Below are positions 1 through 8,429 of a stretch of DNA of 45,129 bases, piece by piece. Both the position numbers and the translations under genes were made by a program. Source of the stretch: Sandaracinaceae bacterium. Lineage in GTDB: Bacteria; Myxococcota_A; Polyangia; Polyangiales; Sandaracinaceae. Below the pieces are notes generated by a model. That model searched no databases. It had not been told where the DNA came from and saw only the letters and a program-made list of their open reading frames with translations. The first letter of the stretch is position 1, and each line of letters starts with the position of its first letter. The stretch covers positions 1 to 45,129 of the forward strand of contig JBGAQA010000054.1 in NCBI GenBank assembly GCA_044220955.1. Reading direction: 5' to 3'.

Positions 1-561
1 GGCCAGTTCGGCGCGCCGCCGGGCCCTCCGCCAGGCGGCGGGTACGGCGCTCCGCCGATCGGCGGCGGCGGCGGCGGGCTCATGAGCGGCAACGGCAAGT
101 GGATCGCGCTCGGCTGCAGCGCGCTGCTCGCGCTCTGCTGCATCACGGGCATCGTCTCCCAGCTGGTCTGCGGCGGCCTGCAGCAGTACCAGGCGCAGGT
201 CTCGTCGGTGCCCGACGTGCCCGTCGCGCCCGTCCCCGCCGCGGGCTCGACGCTGCCCTTCCCCATCTCCGCGACGGCGCCGGTCGGCTACCCCGTCGGG
301 TTCCCCTGGCTCGCCGGCGGCGCGCCCGATCCCACCACGACGTCGGGGACCATCATCGTCCTCTACGAAGATCCTCCCGCCGCGATCTTCGAGCGCTTCG
401 TGTCCGCGTTCCCGCAGAACGGCTGGGAGATGGCCATGGGAACCGACATGACGCCCGAGGGCGGCTACCGCTTCGCCGCGACGAGCGGCGGCCGGCTCGT
501 CCGCCTGATGGCGATGCCCGAGGGCACGGGCACCATGCTCGGCGTGCACGAAGACTTCTGA
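1..561 (+). CDS. Hypothetical membrane-anchored protein with Pro/Gly-rich N-terminus (probably 5'-truncated by the window edge)
   Basis: Frame is open from base 1 (GQFGAPPGPPPGGGYGAPP...) into the 82..561 ORF; one hydrophobic Cys-containing segment (WIALGCSALLALCCITGIV), then a small globular domain. Confidence 0.7.
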   Translation, partial: GQFGAPPGPPPGGGYGAPPIGGGGGGLMSGNGKWIALGCSALLALCCITGIVSQLVCGGLQQYQAQVSSVPDVPVAPVPAAGSTLPFPISATAPVGYPVGFPWLAGGAPDPTTTSGTIIVLYEDPPAAIFERFVSAFPQNGWEMAMGTDMTPEGGYRFAATSGGRLVRLMAMPEGTGTMLGVHEDF

Positions 562-564
562 GGG

Positions 565-597
565 CCCTGACCCGACCGCCCGCGAGCGGGGAGCGGG
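565..597. repeat. Degenerate REP-like palindrome / hairpin between convergent genes
   Basis: ccctgacccgaccgcccgcgagcggggagcggg resembles the CCCTCACCC..CCCTCTCCC-loop-GGGAGAGGG element at 39253-39330; core hairpin cccgc-ga-gcggg. Confidence 0.4.
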
Positions 598-613
598 CTT
601 TCGAGCTCGACGG

Positions 614-1450
614 TCACGGCGCCGCGGGATCGACGCGCGTGTCCGCGAGCGCGAACCAGCGCGACGACCCATCGGCCAGGCGCACCTCGACCGCGTGCTG
701 CACGCGCCGCACGACGGTCCCGGCGAGGGTGGCGTCGGCCGCGCGGTCGCGGACCTGCACCGCGCTCTCCGGGCCGAGGGTGTCGGGGAACACGCGGTCC
801 GCGCTCGTCTCCTCGCCGCTGCCGTCCGCGTAGAGCACGCGCGGCGCGCCGCTCGGCGCGGGATCGATCACGACCGCCGAGTAGAGGAACCCGTCCTCGT
901 AGCGCGCGAGCACCTGGGCGCCCGGCGCGCTCGTGCCCGCGACGGGCGGCTCCGGCGTCCAGGGGCTCAGCGTCGGCGGCGCGCCCTCGGAGTCGACGCG
1001 CACCAGGCCCACGCTCGTCCACATCTCGTGTCCGTCCTCGTAGCGGACACGGACCGCGTAGCCGATGCGCGCGACCAGCGTGGCGTGGGCGAACTCGGTC
1101 TCGCTGATCTGGTGCGCGTCGATCGCGGCTCCCGGCCCGAGACGATCCGGGACCACGGATGCGGCGGGCACGACCTCGCTGGTTCCGTCGGCGTACATCA
1201 CGCGCAGGTCGGCGCCCTCGCTGCCGACGACGACGCCGGCGAACCAGAAGCGGCCGGCGTGCCACGCGGCCAGGACGGGCGCGCCGACGTCGAGCACCGC
1301 CGCCGAGGGAGGCGGCGCGGTCGGCGGCGCCACGGGGGGCGCCACGGGCACGGCCGACGCCGCCGGCGCACCGCCACCGCCGAGGCAGCACCCGCCCAGC
1401 GTCATCGCCGCCGACAAGATCGCGCTCGCGCGCGCGCGAGCGTTCCTCAT
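614..1450 (-). CDS. Putative lipoprotein with four tandem Tudor/Agenet (SH3-like) repeats
   Basis: Lipobox-like TLGGC, Ala/Pro linker, four ~45-aa repeats of pattern G..V.A.[WY]....[FY].[AG].V.......V.Y.DG..E; ATG at 1450 overlaps the upstream TGA (ATGA). Confidence 0.7.
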   Translation of the reverse strand: MRNARARASAILSAAMTLGGCCLGGGGAPAASAVPVAPPVAPPTAPPPSAAVLDVGAPVLAAWHAGRFWFAGVVVGSEGADLRVMYADGTSEVVPAASVVPDRLGPGAAIDAHQISETEFAHATLVARIGYAVRVRYEDGHEMWTSVGLVRVDSEGAPPTLSPWTPEPPVAGTSAPGAQVLARYEDGFLYSAVVIDPAPSGAPRVLYADGSGEETSADRVFPDTLGPESAVQVRDRAADATLAGTVVRRVQHAVEVRLADGSSRWFALADTRVDPAAP

Positions 1451-3210
1451 CGCCTCCTCGCTCCGCGCCGCCGCATCCACGCCACGGCTCCGACGAGCGC
1501 GAGCCCGAGCGCGCCCTCAGGCGGACGCTGCCCGCCGGCGCGACAGCCGCACGCACCCGTGTGCGAGATCGGACGCCCACGACCCGCGTCGGGCATCACG
1601 TTCGCGTCCATCGGGGTCATCGTGGTCCCGGCGTCGTCCATCGTGATCGGTCCGGTGTCCGGCAGCACGATGCCGGTGTCCGGCCGGACGACCGCCGCGT
1701 CCGGCAGCTCCGTCTGGAGACAGGCCCCCATCGAGCACGCCTGCCCCGGTGGGCACGTGACGCCCGTGCACGCGTCGACGCACGCGCCCGCCATGCAGTA
1801 CGTGCCGACGGCGCAGCTCACGTCGGCGCACGCGGTCTCGACGCAGACGCCGCGCGAGTCACACGTCTGCCCGGCCGCGCAGCTGGTCGGCGTGCAGCGC
1901 GTGATGCAAGCGCCGCCGACGCACGCCGTGCACTCGTCGCAGCCGATGCCCGTGCAGGGATCGACGCAGCGGCCGCCGGTGCACATCTGGCCCGGCGGAC
2001 ACGTGACGCCCGCGCACGGGTCGACGCACGAGCCGAGCGAGCAGCGCTGACCGGGCGGGCACGTGACGCCGACGCACATCGCGTCGACGCAGTGCCCCGC
2101 GTCGCACGTGTAGCCGCTCGGGCACGAGCCCTCGAAGCAGCCGTCGACGCAGCTCCCGGCCTGACAGACCTGCAGGGCGCCGCAGAGGTTGCCCATGTCC
2201 GTGTCGTCGACGACGCCGTCGCAGTCGTTGTCCTGGTTGTCGCAGCGCTCGGCGTCCGGCATGACCTGCTGCACGCACGTCGCGGTGCTGCTCCCGGTCG
2301 CGCAGCTGAGGCGCCCGCTCGCGCAGACGCCCATCTGGCCCGGCACCGTGCACGGCATGCCCGCGTTCGGGCACGTCATGACGACGCCGTTCCGCACCTG
2401 GAACTGCCACACGCCCGGCTGCGGCGGGACCGTGTTCGACCCCGTGCAGAGCGAGGACGCGATGCCGGACGCGCGCGAGCCGGGGATGGCGTAGAAGTGG
2501 CCGGTGGGGCCGATGCCCTCGTCGAACCCGGCCTGCGCGGGGATGCCGCCGAATCCGCCCGACCCCATGGAGGCGTCACCCGTCTCCCACTCGCACCGGT
2601 TGTAGCGGAACTCGACGTCGAAGTCGGTCCCCGCGACCGTGCTGCCGCACGCCGGCGTGACCGCGGTGAGGATCAGCTGGAAGCTCATGCGCTGACCGGC
2701 GGCGTGGTGGCAGCGGTAGTACCCGACGCTGTCCCAGGTCACCGCCATCAGGCCCGGCTCCAGGTACCACCAGACACCGTTGTTGCCGAGCGGGGGGTTG
2801 TCGCACGCCGGGCCCATGACGGCGACGCCGTCGCCCGGGCCGTTGCACGTGCCGAAGAGGCCGCCGCCGCCCGTGCGCGTGTCCACGTCGGCCCAGAACG
2901 GGGCGATCATGGGCTGGTTGGCGACCGGGAAGGCGTTCGGCGTGAACGTCGGCAGAGGGCCGGCGAACGTGATGTTGCCGTTGGTGTTGATGTACGTGCT
3001 CGTCTGGGTGATCGAGAAGAAGCGCAGCCCGCTCGGGAACGCGGTGGCGAGCGAGACGACGTTGGAGGATCCGTCGTCGTTCATGCCCAGGCAGGACGGG
3101 CCCCAGCCCCGTCCGCCGGGGAAGGGCCGCAGCGTGGCCTGGGCGCCCGCGACGGAGGGAGCGGTCATGCCGAGCACCACCAGGAACACGGAGGCGAAAC
3201 GACGCGCCAT
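1447..3210 (-). CDS. Cell-surface protein: nidogen-like (NIDO) domain, Cys-rich repeats, C-terminal MYXO-CTERM
   Basis: Signal peptide; NIDO motifs (NDDGSS, YINTNGNITF, IAPFWADVD, AQAGFD, PGVWQFQV); ERCDNQDNDCDGVVDD motif; repeated CVDxCxGVTCPPGQxC; tail GACGCRAGG...LALVGAVAWMRRR; GAGGT SD before ATG 3210. Confidence 0.85.
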   Translation of the reverse strand: MARRFASVFLVVLGMTAPSVAGAQATLRPFPGGRGWGPSCLGMNDDGSSNVVSLATAFPSGLRFFSITQTSTYINTNGNITFAGPLPTFTPNAFPVANQPMIAPFWADVDTRTGGGGLFGTCNGPGDGVAVMGPACDNPPLGNNGVWWYLEPGLMAVTWDSVGYYRCHHAAGQRMSFQLILTAVTPACGSTVAGTDFDVEFRYNRCEWETGDASMGSGGFGGIPAQAGFDEGIGPTGHFYAIPGSRASGIASSLCTGSNTVPPQPGVWQFQVRNGVVMTCPNAGMPCTVPGQMGVCASGRLSCATGSSTATCVQQVMPDAERCDNQDNDCDGVVDDTDMGNLCGALQVCQAGSCVDGCFEGSCPSGYTCDAGHCVDAMCVGVTCPPGQRCSLGSCVDPCAGVTCPPGQMCTGGRCVDPCTGIGCDECTACVGGACITRCTPTSCAAGQTCDSRGVCVETACADVSCAVGTYCMAGACVDACTGVTCPPGQACSMGACLQTELPDAAVVRPDTGIVLPDTGPITMDDAGTTMTPMDANVMPDAGRGRPISHTGACGCRAGGQRPPEGALGLALVGAVAWMRRRGARRR

Positions 3211-3303
3211 GGAACACCTCTTCGACGGCAAAGAGCCGACGGCGACCCTCTCACGGTACCCGGTTTCGCCCCGCCCGTCTCGAAGCCGATCGCGTTCCAG
3301 GTC

Positions 3304-3825
3304 TCAGGGCGAGGCCGCCCGCGCGGCGAGGCATGCCTCGACCAGGCGGCGCGCGTCCTCGGGGTCGCCTCGCACGACGAGGTCCGGCGCGGTCGGCCGC
3401 TCGTACGCGGCGCCGCGGCCGGGCATCGCGGACGCCTCGCCGCGCGCGGCGGCGGCGTAGAGGCCCTTGGCGTCGCGCGCGGCGCAGACCTCGGGCGGGA
3501 CGTCGACGAAGACCTCGAGGTAGCGCGGCGCGAGCGCGCGCGCCTCGGCGCGAAACGCCGCGCGGTTCGCCGTCGCGGGGACGAGCACGACCAGACCCTG
3601 GCGAGAGAGCAGCGCGGCGAGGCGGGCGAGCGTGGCGTAGAACGCGGCGCGCGCGGGCTCGTCGTAGCCGGGAGTCGGCACGAGCGACGCGCGCACGTCG
3701 TCTCCGTCGAGCACGGCCACCGCGGTGCCGACGACGCGCAGCTGCTCCGCCGCAGCCCACGCGAGCGTGCTCTTGCCGCTCGAGGGCAGGCCGGTGAGCC
3801 ACGCGACGAGCCCGCCCGCGCTCAC
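3304..3825 (-). CDS. Adenylyl-sulfate kinase-like P-loop kinase (CysC family)
   Basis: WLTGLPSSGKST P-loop, LDGDDVR, RDAKGLY, YERP motifs; GTG 3825 overlaps upstream TGA. Confidence 0.85.
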   Translation of the reverse strand: MSAGGLVAWLTGLPSSGKSTLAWAAAEQLRVVGTAVAVLDGDDVRASLVPTPGYDEPARAAFYATLARLAALLSRQGLVVLVPATANRAAFRAEARALAPRYLEVFVDVPPEVCAARDAKGLYAAAARGEASAMPGRGAAYERPTAPDLVVRGDPEDARRLVEACLAARAASP

Positions 3826-4916
3826 CTCATCGCCTCCGGGCCCCATGCGCGCTCGAAGCGCGGCGCCGCGAGGACGCGCTCGACGAAGGTCAGGATGCGA
3901 TCGCGATCGGCCGCGCGCGTCGCCGGGTACCAGAGCGGGCACGCGATCACGAGCCCGCGCCACGCGAAGAACGGCGCGATGGTCTCGTCCACGCGGACCT
4001 CCGCGCGGGACTCGTAGGTCGTCCAGAAGCGATCCCAGAGGCGACCGAGCCCGGAGGACCAGCCCTGCCGGTGAGCCAGGCCGAAGAACAGGTAGTTGAC
4101 GCTCAGCGCGGCGACGTCGTCCGCCGGCTCGCCCTCCGAGCCACGGCTCGTGTCGAGCAGGGTGGGCACGGCGCTCCCCTCCGGGAACACGACGTTGAAC
4201 GGATGGAAGTCGCCGTGGGTGCGCCGCAGACGCGAGACGCGGCGCTTGAGCGCGTGGCGCCACGCGAGCGCCGCGCGCTCGATGGCCTCGAGGCGCTCGC
4301 GCGGGGCGAACGGCGTGTCGTCGGGATAAGCATCGACGATCCCGGCGATGCCCTCGCCGTGCCCGACGAGGTCGCGGATCGCCCGCACGTACGCGCCGTC
4401 GTGAGAGCCCCGCGCGCGGTGCATGCTCGCGAGCGCCCCGGCGAGCGCCTCGGCGCGGCGGAGATCGAGCTCGGTCGCGAGCCCGGTCTCGGCGACGCGC
4501 CGCAGGTCGTCGGCGTAGAGCGCGCCGTCGGCCCACTCGGTGACGAGGTAGAGCTCTCCCGTGTCCCCGAGCGGCAGGAGCGTCCCGTCGCTCCGGATCG
4601 CGCCCACGTCGACGGCGCGCACGTGACCGGGGACGAGCGGGAAGCAGTCGTACGCGAGCAGCATCGCGTCCGCGCGATCGGCGCGGCGGTCGTGGCCGAA
4701 GTCGTTCGCGCGCGCCGTGTGCACCACGAGGGAGCGAGGCCCGGCGGGCGTGTGGAGATCGACTCGGATCGGCCGCCCGTACCCGAGCTCCTTCTTCGCC
4801 TCGGACGCCGACGCGCCGCCCTCGTCGTCGCCGAGCGCTCGGGCCGCGACGATGCGGCCGCCGGGCACGAGCTCGCGCAGGCGCGCCTCGAGACCAGCCG
4901 GCAGCGCCGCGCTCAT
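3822..4916 (-). CDS. Aminoglycoside-phosphotransferase-like (APH/choline kinase fold) protein
   Basis: Brenner motif HGDFHPFN followed by LLD and GEPADD; ATG 4916 overlaps USP stop (ATGA). Confidence 0.85.
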   Translation of the reverse strand: MSAALPAGLEARLRELVPGGRIVAARALGDDEGGASASEAKKELGYGRPIRVDLHTPAGPRSLVVHTARANDFGHDRRADRADAMLLAYDCFPLVPGHVRAVDVGAIRSDGTLLPLGDTGELYLVTEWADGALYADDLRRVAETGLATELDLRRAEALAGALASMHRARGSHDGAYVRAIRDLVGHGEGIAGIVDAYPDDTPFAPRERLEAIERAALAWRHALKRRVSRLRRTHGDFHPFNVVFPEGSAVPTLLDTSRGSEGEPADDVAALSVNYLFFGLAHRQGWSSGLGRLWDRFWTTYESRAEVRVDETIAPFFAWRGLVIACPLWYPATRAADRDRILTFVERVLAAPRFERAWGPEAMR

Positions 4917-5788
4917 GGCTCGCGGCGCAGCGTGAGCACCGGACGCCCGAGCGTCCGCACGGCCCGCTCGGTGATCGAGCCGAGCATGAAGTGCGCGATG
5001 CCGGCGCGCCCGGCCGTCGCCATGACGATGAGGTCGGGATCGCGCTCGGCGCAGACCGCCGCGAGCACCTCGCTCGGCTCGCCTCGTCGCACGATGCTCT
5101 CGACGGACGGCTCCTCCTCGTCGAAGACCTCGTCCATCCACTCCTCGACGTGCTCCGGCACGCGCTTCTCGGTCGCCTTGATGGCCTCGCCGCCTTCGAA
5201 GAAGTAGGGGGGCACGTCCCAGACGTGGAGCGTGGCGACGCGCGCGCCGGCCGCGAGCTGGATGGCGAAGCGGAGCGCCTCCCCGCTGCCCGGCGTCAGA
5301 TCGGTCGGCACGAGGATCTGCTTCGGAGAGAAGGTCGCGGTCTCGCTCACGCTCACGTTCGCCGGTACGACGAGCACGGGGACCGAGGAGGTCCGCAGGA
5401 CCCGCTCGGCCACGCTGCCCAGAAGCGCGTGCGCCAGACCGCTCGATGCGTGCGTGCCCACGACGAGGACGTCGGCGCCGCGGTTCGTCGCGTACGCGGG
5501 GATCGCCTCCTCGGGCACGCCCTCGATCAGCGCAGCGCTGGCCTTCACGCCGTGCACGGCGAGACCGCGCGCGACGTCGTCGAGCCTGGCGCGGCACGCG
5601 TCGCGCGAGCCGGCGATGACCGCCTGGCGCATCGACGCCCGATCGTCGGCGGGGAGCTCCGAGACGAAGTCCCACGCATGGATCAGGTCGAGCGACGCGC
5701 GCGTGGCACGGGCGAGCGAGGCTGCGTAGCGCACCGCCACCGCCGAGGGCTCGGTGAAATCGGTCGCACAGATGATCTTCTCGAGCAT
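4913..5788 (-). CDS. Universal stress protein, two USP domains
   Basis: KIICATDF, LVVGTH..GLAHALLGSVAERVLR..VPVL, second ILVPTD...LIVMATAGRAG..HFMLGSITER; GGAGG SD before ATG 5788. Confidence 0.92.
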   Translation of the reverse strand: MLEKIICATDFTEPSAVAVRYAASLARATRASLDLIHAWDFVSELPADDRASMRQAVIAGSRDACRARLDDVARGLAVHGVKASAALIEGVPEEAIPAYATNRGADVLVVGTHASSGLAHALLGSVAERVLRTSSVPVLVVPANVSVSETATFSPKQILVPTDLTPGSGEALRFAIQLAAGARVATLHVWDVPPYFFEGGEAIKATEKRVPEHVEEWMDEVFDEEEPSVESIVRRGEPSEVLAAVCAERDPDLIVMATAGRAGIAHFMLGSITERAVRTLGRPVLTLRREP

Positions 5789-5861
5789 GGGGGCCTCCCG
5801 GGCTTGCACGGGGGTAGCTACGCCCCCCGCCGCGGCGCGCAATACGGAGCGCGCGGAGCCG

Positions 5862-6584
5862 TCAGGGCGGCACGCGCGTCACCTCGAGCACGCCGCCGAA
5901 GTCGTTGGGGCTGAGCGGCGACGGGAACTGGGCGCCGAGCGAGAGCTGGAAGCCGTCCGGGAGGAAGACGACGACGCCCGCGACGCCGACCGACGCGTGG
6001 TTGGTGCCGAAGAGGAAGTCCGCGGCGAGCGCGAGCCGGTCGCGCACGATCGGCAGCTCGAAGCCGCCCATCACACCGAGCTGCGTGCCAGTGCCGAGGT
6101 AGTCGTGGGTGCCCGCGTAGGTCCCCACGATCCAGTCGCCGAAGTCGCCGCCGCGCAGGCGCAGGCTCGCCCAGCCCAGCGCGGCGCCGGTGGCCTCCGA
6201 GGGGAGCGGCACGCGCGCACCGACCTGCGCTCCGATTTGCACGCGGATCCAGCGCGCTGCGTCCACCGTCCAGGCGCCGTTGAGCAGCAACATGGGGCTC
6301 TGCTCGAGCGGCCCCCGCACGTCGTAGAGGCCGACCGCGAAGACGTTGAGCCCGAGCTCGACGCCCTCCGGAAGGCCGTAGTCGATCGTCAGGTTCGACT
6401 CGCCGCGCTCGCCGAGGTTGAGCTGCTCCTGGACGAACACCTCGCCCGACGCGGTGCCCGTCGTCGCCGGCACGTTGAAGATGCTCTGCTGGGCCGACGC
6501 GAGCGACGCAGCGCCGAGCTGCGCGAGGAGCGCGAGCGCGAGCGCAGGTCCGAGTGCTCGCGCCGCTTCGGACGTCGAAGGCAC
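5862..6584 (-). CDS. Exported hypothetical protein, probable outer-membrane beta-barrel
   Basis: Signal peptide ending ASLASA-QQSIFNVP; alternating hydrophobic Gly-rich beta-strand pattern throughout. Confidence 0.65.
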   Translation of the reverse strand: MPSTSEAARALGPALALALLAQLGAASLASAQQSIFNVPATTGTASGEVFVQEQLNLGERGESNLTIDYGLPEGVELGLNVFAVGLYDVRGPLEQSPMLLLNGAWTVDAARWIRVQIGAQVGARVPLPSEATGAALGWASLRLRGGDFGDWIVGTYAGTHDYLGTGTQLGVMGGFELPIVRDRLALAADFLFGTNHASVGVAGVVVFLPDGFQLSLGAQFPSPLSPNDFGGVLEVTRVPP

Positions 6585-6592
6585 GCGCGGGC

Positions 6593-6598
6593 ACTATA
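6593..6598 (-). promoter_or_regulatory. Putative -10 element TATAGT 8 nt before GTG 6584
   Basis: Near-consensus TANNNT; no SD between hexamer and start. Confidence 0.5.
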
Positions 6599-6700
6599 GC
6601 GCCTCGGCTCGGCCTGGACAGCGGAAGGCGGCGCGACCCGAGCGCGTCGGCCCGGCGATCGGGGGGCGAGGCGGGCGAGGTGGGCGCGCGCCGGCCGGAG

Positions 6701-6706
6701 TACCAT
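6701..6706 (+). promoter_or_regulatory. Putative -10 element TACCAT 8 nt before ATG 6715
   Basis: TANNNT hexamer immediately upstream of the sulfatase start; no SD. Confidence 0.5.
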
Positions 6707-6714
6707 CGCCCCCG

Positions 6715-8424
6715 ATGGACGAAGCAAGCCTCGCGGCCGCCGGGTTCCGCCACCTCTCGCGCGCGGCCTTCCGGCTACGTCGTGCCCTCGCGCGCGGAGA
6801 GGGGACGCGACCCACCTCGTCGCCCGCGCGCACGGGCGCGCCGCCCCGCCGCCGCAACGTCCTCTTCGTCACCAGCGATCAGCAGCGCTTCGACTCGCTC
6901 GGCGCGACGGGCAACCCCTTCGCCAGGACGCCGGTGATCGACGCGCTCGCCCGCGACGGCATCCTCTACCGGCGCGCGCACGTGCAGAGCGTCGTGTGCA
7001 TGCCCTCGCGCACGACGATGCTCACCGGGCAACACCCGCTCACGCACGGCGTCGTCGCGAACGGGATCTCCACGCCCGAGGGCGCGCCGGACGTGGCGGC
7101 GATCCTGCGCGCCGCGGGCTACCGGACGGCGCTCCTCGGCAAGGCCCACTTCGACCCGCACTTCGATCCGCTGCTGCGCTTCCCCGAGAACCGCCTCGCG
7201 GCCGCAGGCTCCACAGGGCCCTGGCGCGGCTTCGAGCACGTCGAGCTCGCCACGCACGGGCCGCTCGGCGGTCACCACTACGCGGACTGGATCTGGACCC
7301 ACCACCCGGACGAGGTCCGCGGCTTCGGGACCGTGCTCACCGGGCGCGGCGGCGGCGAGACCGGCGCGCCCGAGGTGACGCACAACCCGATCCCGCGCGA
7401 GCACTACCACACGGACTGGATCGCGGACCGCGCCGTCTCCTGGCTGCGCTCGCTGGACACGAGCGAGCCCTTCTTCTGCTGGGTGAGCTTCCCCGATCCC
7501 CACCATCCCTTCGATCCGCCGCTCGCCGAGGTGAAGAAGCGCGCGCCCGACTTCCGCGATCGCCCGCTGCCACCCGGGCACCCGGGCAGCGTCGAGCGCG
7601 TGCGGCGCGCGCTCGCCAAGAAGCCCCGTCACTGGCTCGACTGGTTCGAGGGCCGCTTCCACAACCCCGAGGGCGGCCCGATCTCGTTCCACCCGGAGCG
7701 GCTCACGCACGACCAGGTGCGCGAGATCGACGCGACCATCCAGGTCGAGAACGAGCTGATCGACGAGGCGGTGGGCCGCATCCTCGCGGTGGTGCGCGAG
7801 AGGGGGCTGGACGAGACCACCGACGTGATCTTCACCTCCGATCACGGCGAGCTCCAGGGAGATCACGGCCTGCTCTTCAAGGGCCCCTATCACGTCGACT
7901 CCTTGCTCCGCGTGCCGCTCGTCTGGCGCCCCGCGCCGAGCGCCGGGATCGAGGCGACGAGCATCGACGACCCCGTCGGCCTGGTGGACCTGGCCCCGAC
8001 CTTCCTCTCCATCGCGGGATTGCACGTGCCCGGCGCCATGCAGGGCGCGCCACTGCCGCTCGTGAGGGGCGCGGCCGGTCGCGAGCGCGTCCTGACGACG
8101 TTCGACAGTCAGTTCGCACGCGTCGGCATGCACCTGCGCACGATCTATCGCGACGGCCTGCTCTGCACCGTGTACGAGCCGAGCACGCGCGATCGCGGCG
8201 GGCAGTTCCCGCTCTACTCCTCGGTCTGGCTCCGCGGCTCGCGCTTGCCGCGCTACGACGGGACCGAGGGCGAGCTCTACGACCTGCGCGAGGATCCGCA
8301 TCAGTGGGAGAACCTCTGGAGCGACCCTTCGCGGCGCCGACTGCGCGACGATCTGGTCGCCGACCTGCGCGCGCACCTGCCGCCCGAGCGCGCGCGACCG
8401 CTGCCCGTCGCCGCGCCGACCTGA
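6715..8424 (+). CDS. Cys-type sulfatase (formylglycine-dependent family)
   Basis: NVLFVTSDQQR, CMPSRTTMLTG (CxPxR), GYRTALLGKAH, PDPHHPF, FTSDHG, ELYDLREDP. Confidence 0.93.
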   Translation: MDEASLAAAGFRHLSRAAFRLRRALARGEGTRPTSSPARTGAPPRRRNVLFVTSDQQRFDSLGATGNPFARTPVIDALARDGILYRRAHVQSVVCMPSRTTMLTGQHPLTHGVVANGISTPEGAPDVAAILRAAGYRTALLGKAHFDPHFDPLLRFPENRLAAAGSTGPWRGFEHVELATHGPLGGHHYADWIWTHHPDEVRGFGTVLTGRGGGETGAPEVTHNPIPREHYHTDWIADRAVSWLRSLDTSEPFFCWVSFPDPHHPFDPPLAEVKKRAPDFRDRPLPPGHPGSVERVRRALAKKPRHWLDWFEGRFHNPEGGPISFHPERLTHDQVREIDATIQVENELIDEAVGRILAVVRERGLDETTDVIFTSDHGELQGDHGLLFKGPYHVDSLLRVPLVWRPAPSAGIEATSIDDPVGLVDLAPTFLSIAGLHVPGAMQGAPLPLVRGAAGRERVLTTFDSQFARVGMHLRTIYRDGLLCTVYEPSTRDRGGQFPLYSSVWLRGSRLPRYDGTEGELYDLREDPHQWENLWSDPSRRRLRDDLVADLRAHLPPERARPLPVAAPT

Positions 8425-8429
8425 GCGCG

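Noticed and set aside
1720..2200. Regularly spaced DNA repeats (gggcacgtgacgcc...) as a CRISPR array
   Set aside because: They are imperfect codon-level repeats encoding Cys-rich protein units; no cas genes.
1159..4017. Very long Arg/Ala-rich ORFs in alternative frames (e.g. 1159-4017, 15740-18349, 33527-36103, 41225-43774)
   Set aside because: Shadow ORFs expected from stop-poor GC-rich DNA; they overlap motif-supported genes and have no recognisable domains.
3822..4916. Aminoglycoside resistance gene
   Set aside because: Only the generic APH/choline-kinase fold motif is visible; context is stress-related, not resistance or mobile.
3304..8424. CysC-like kinase plus sulfatase as a sulfate recycling pathway
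   Set aside because: No ATP sulfurylase, sulfotransferase or transporter; genes are in separate divergent units.
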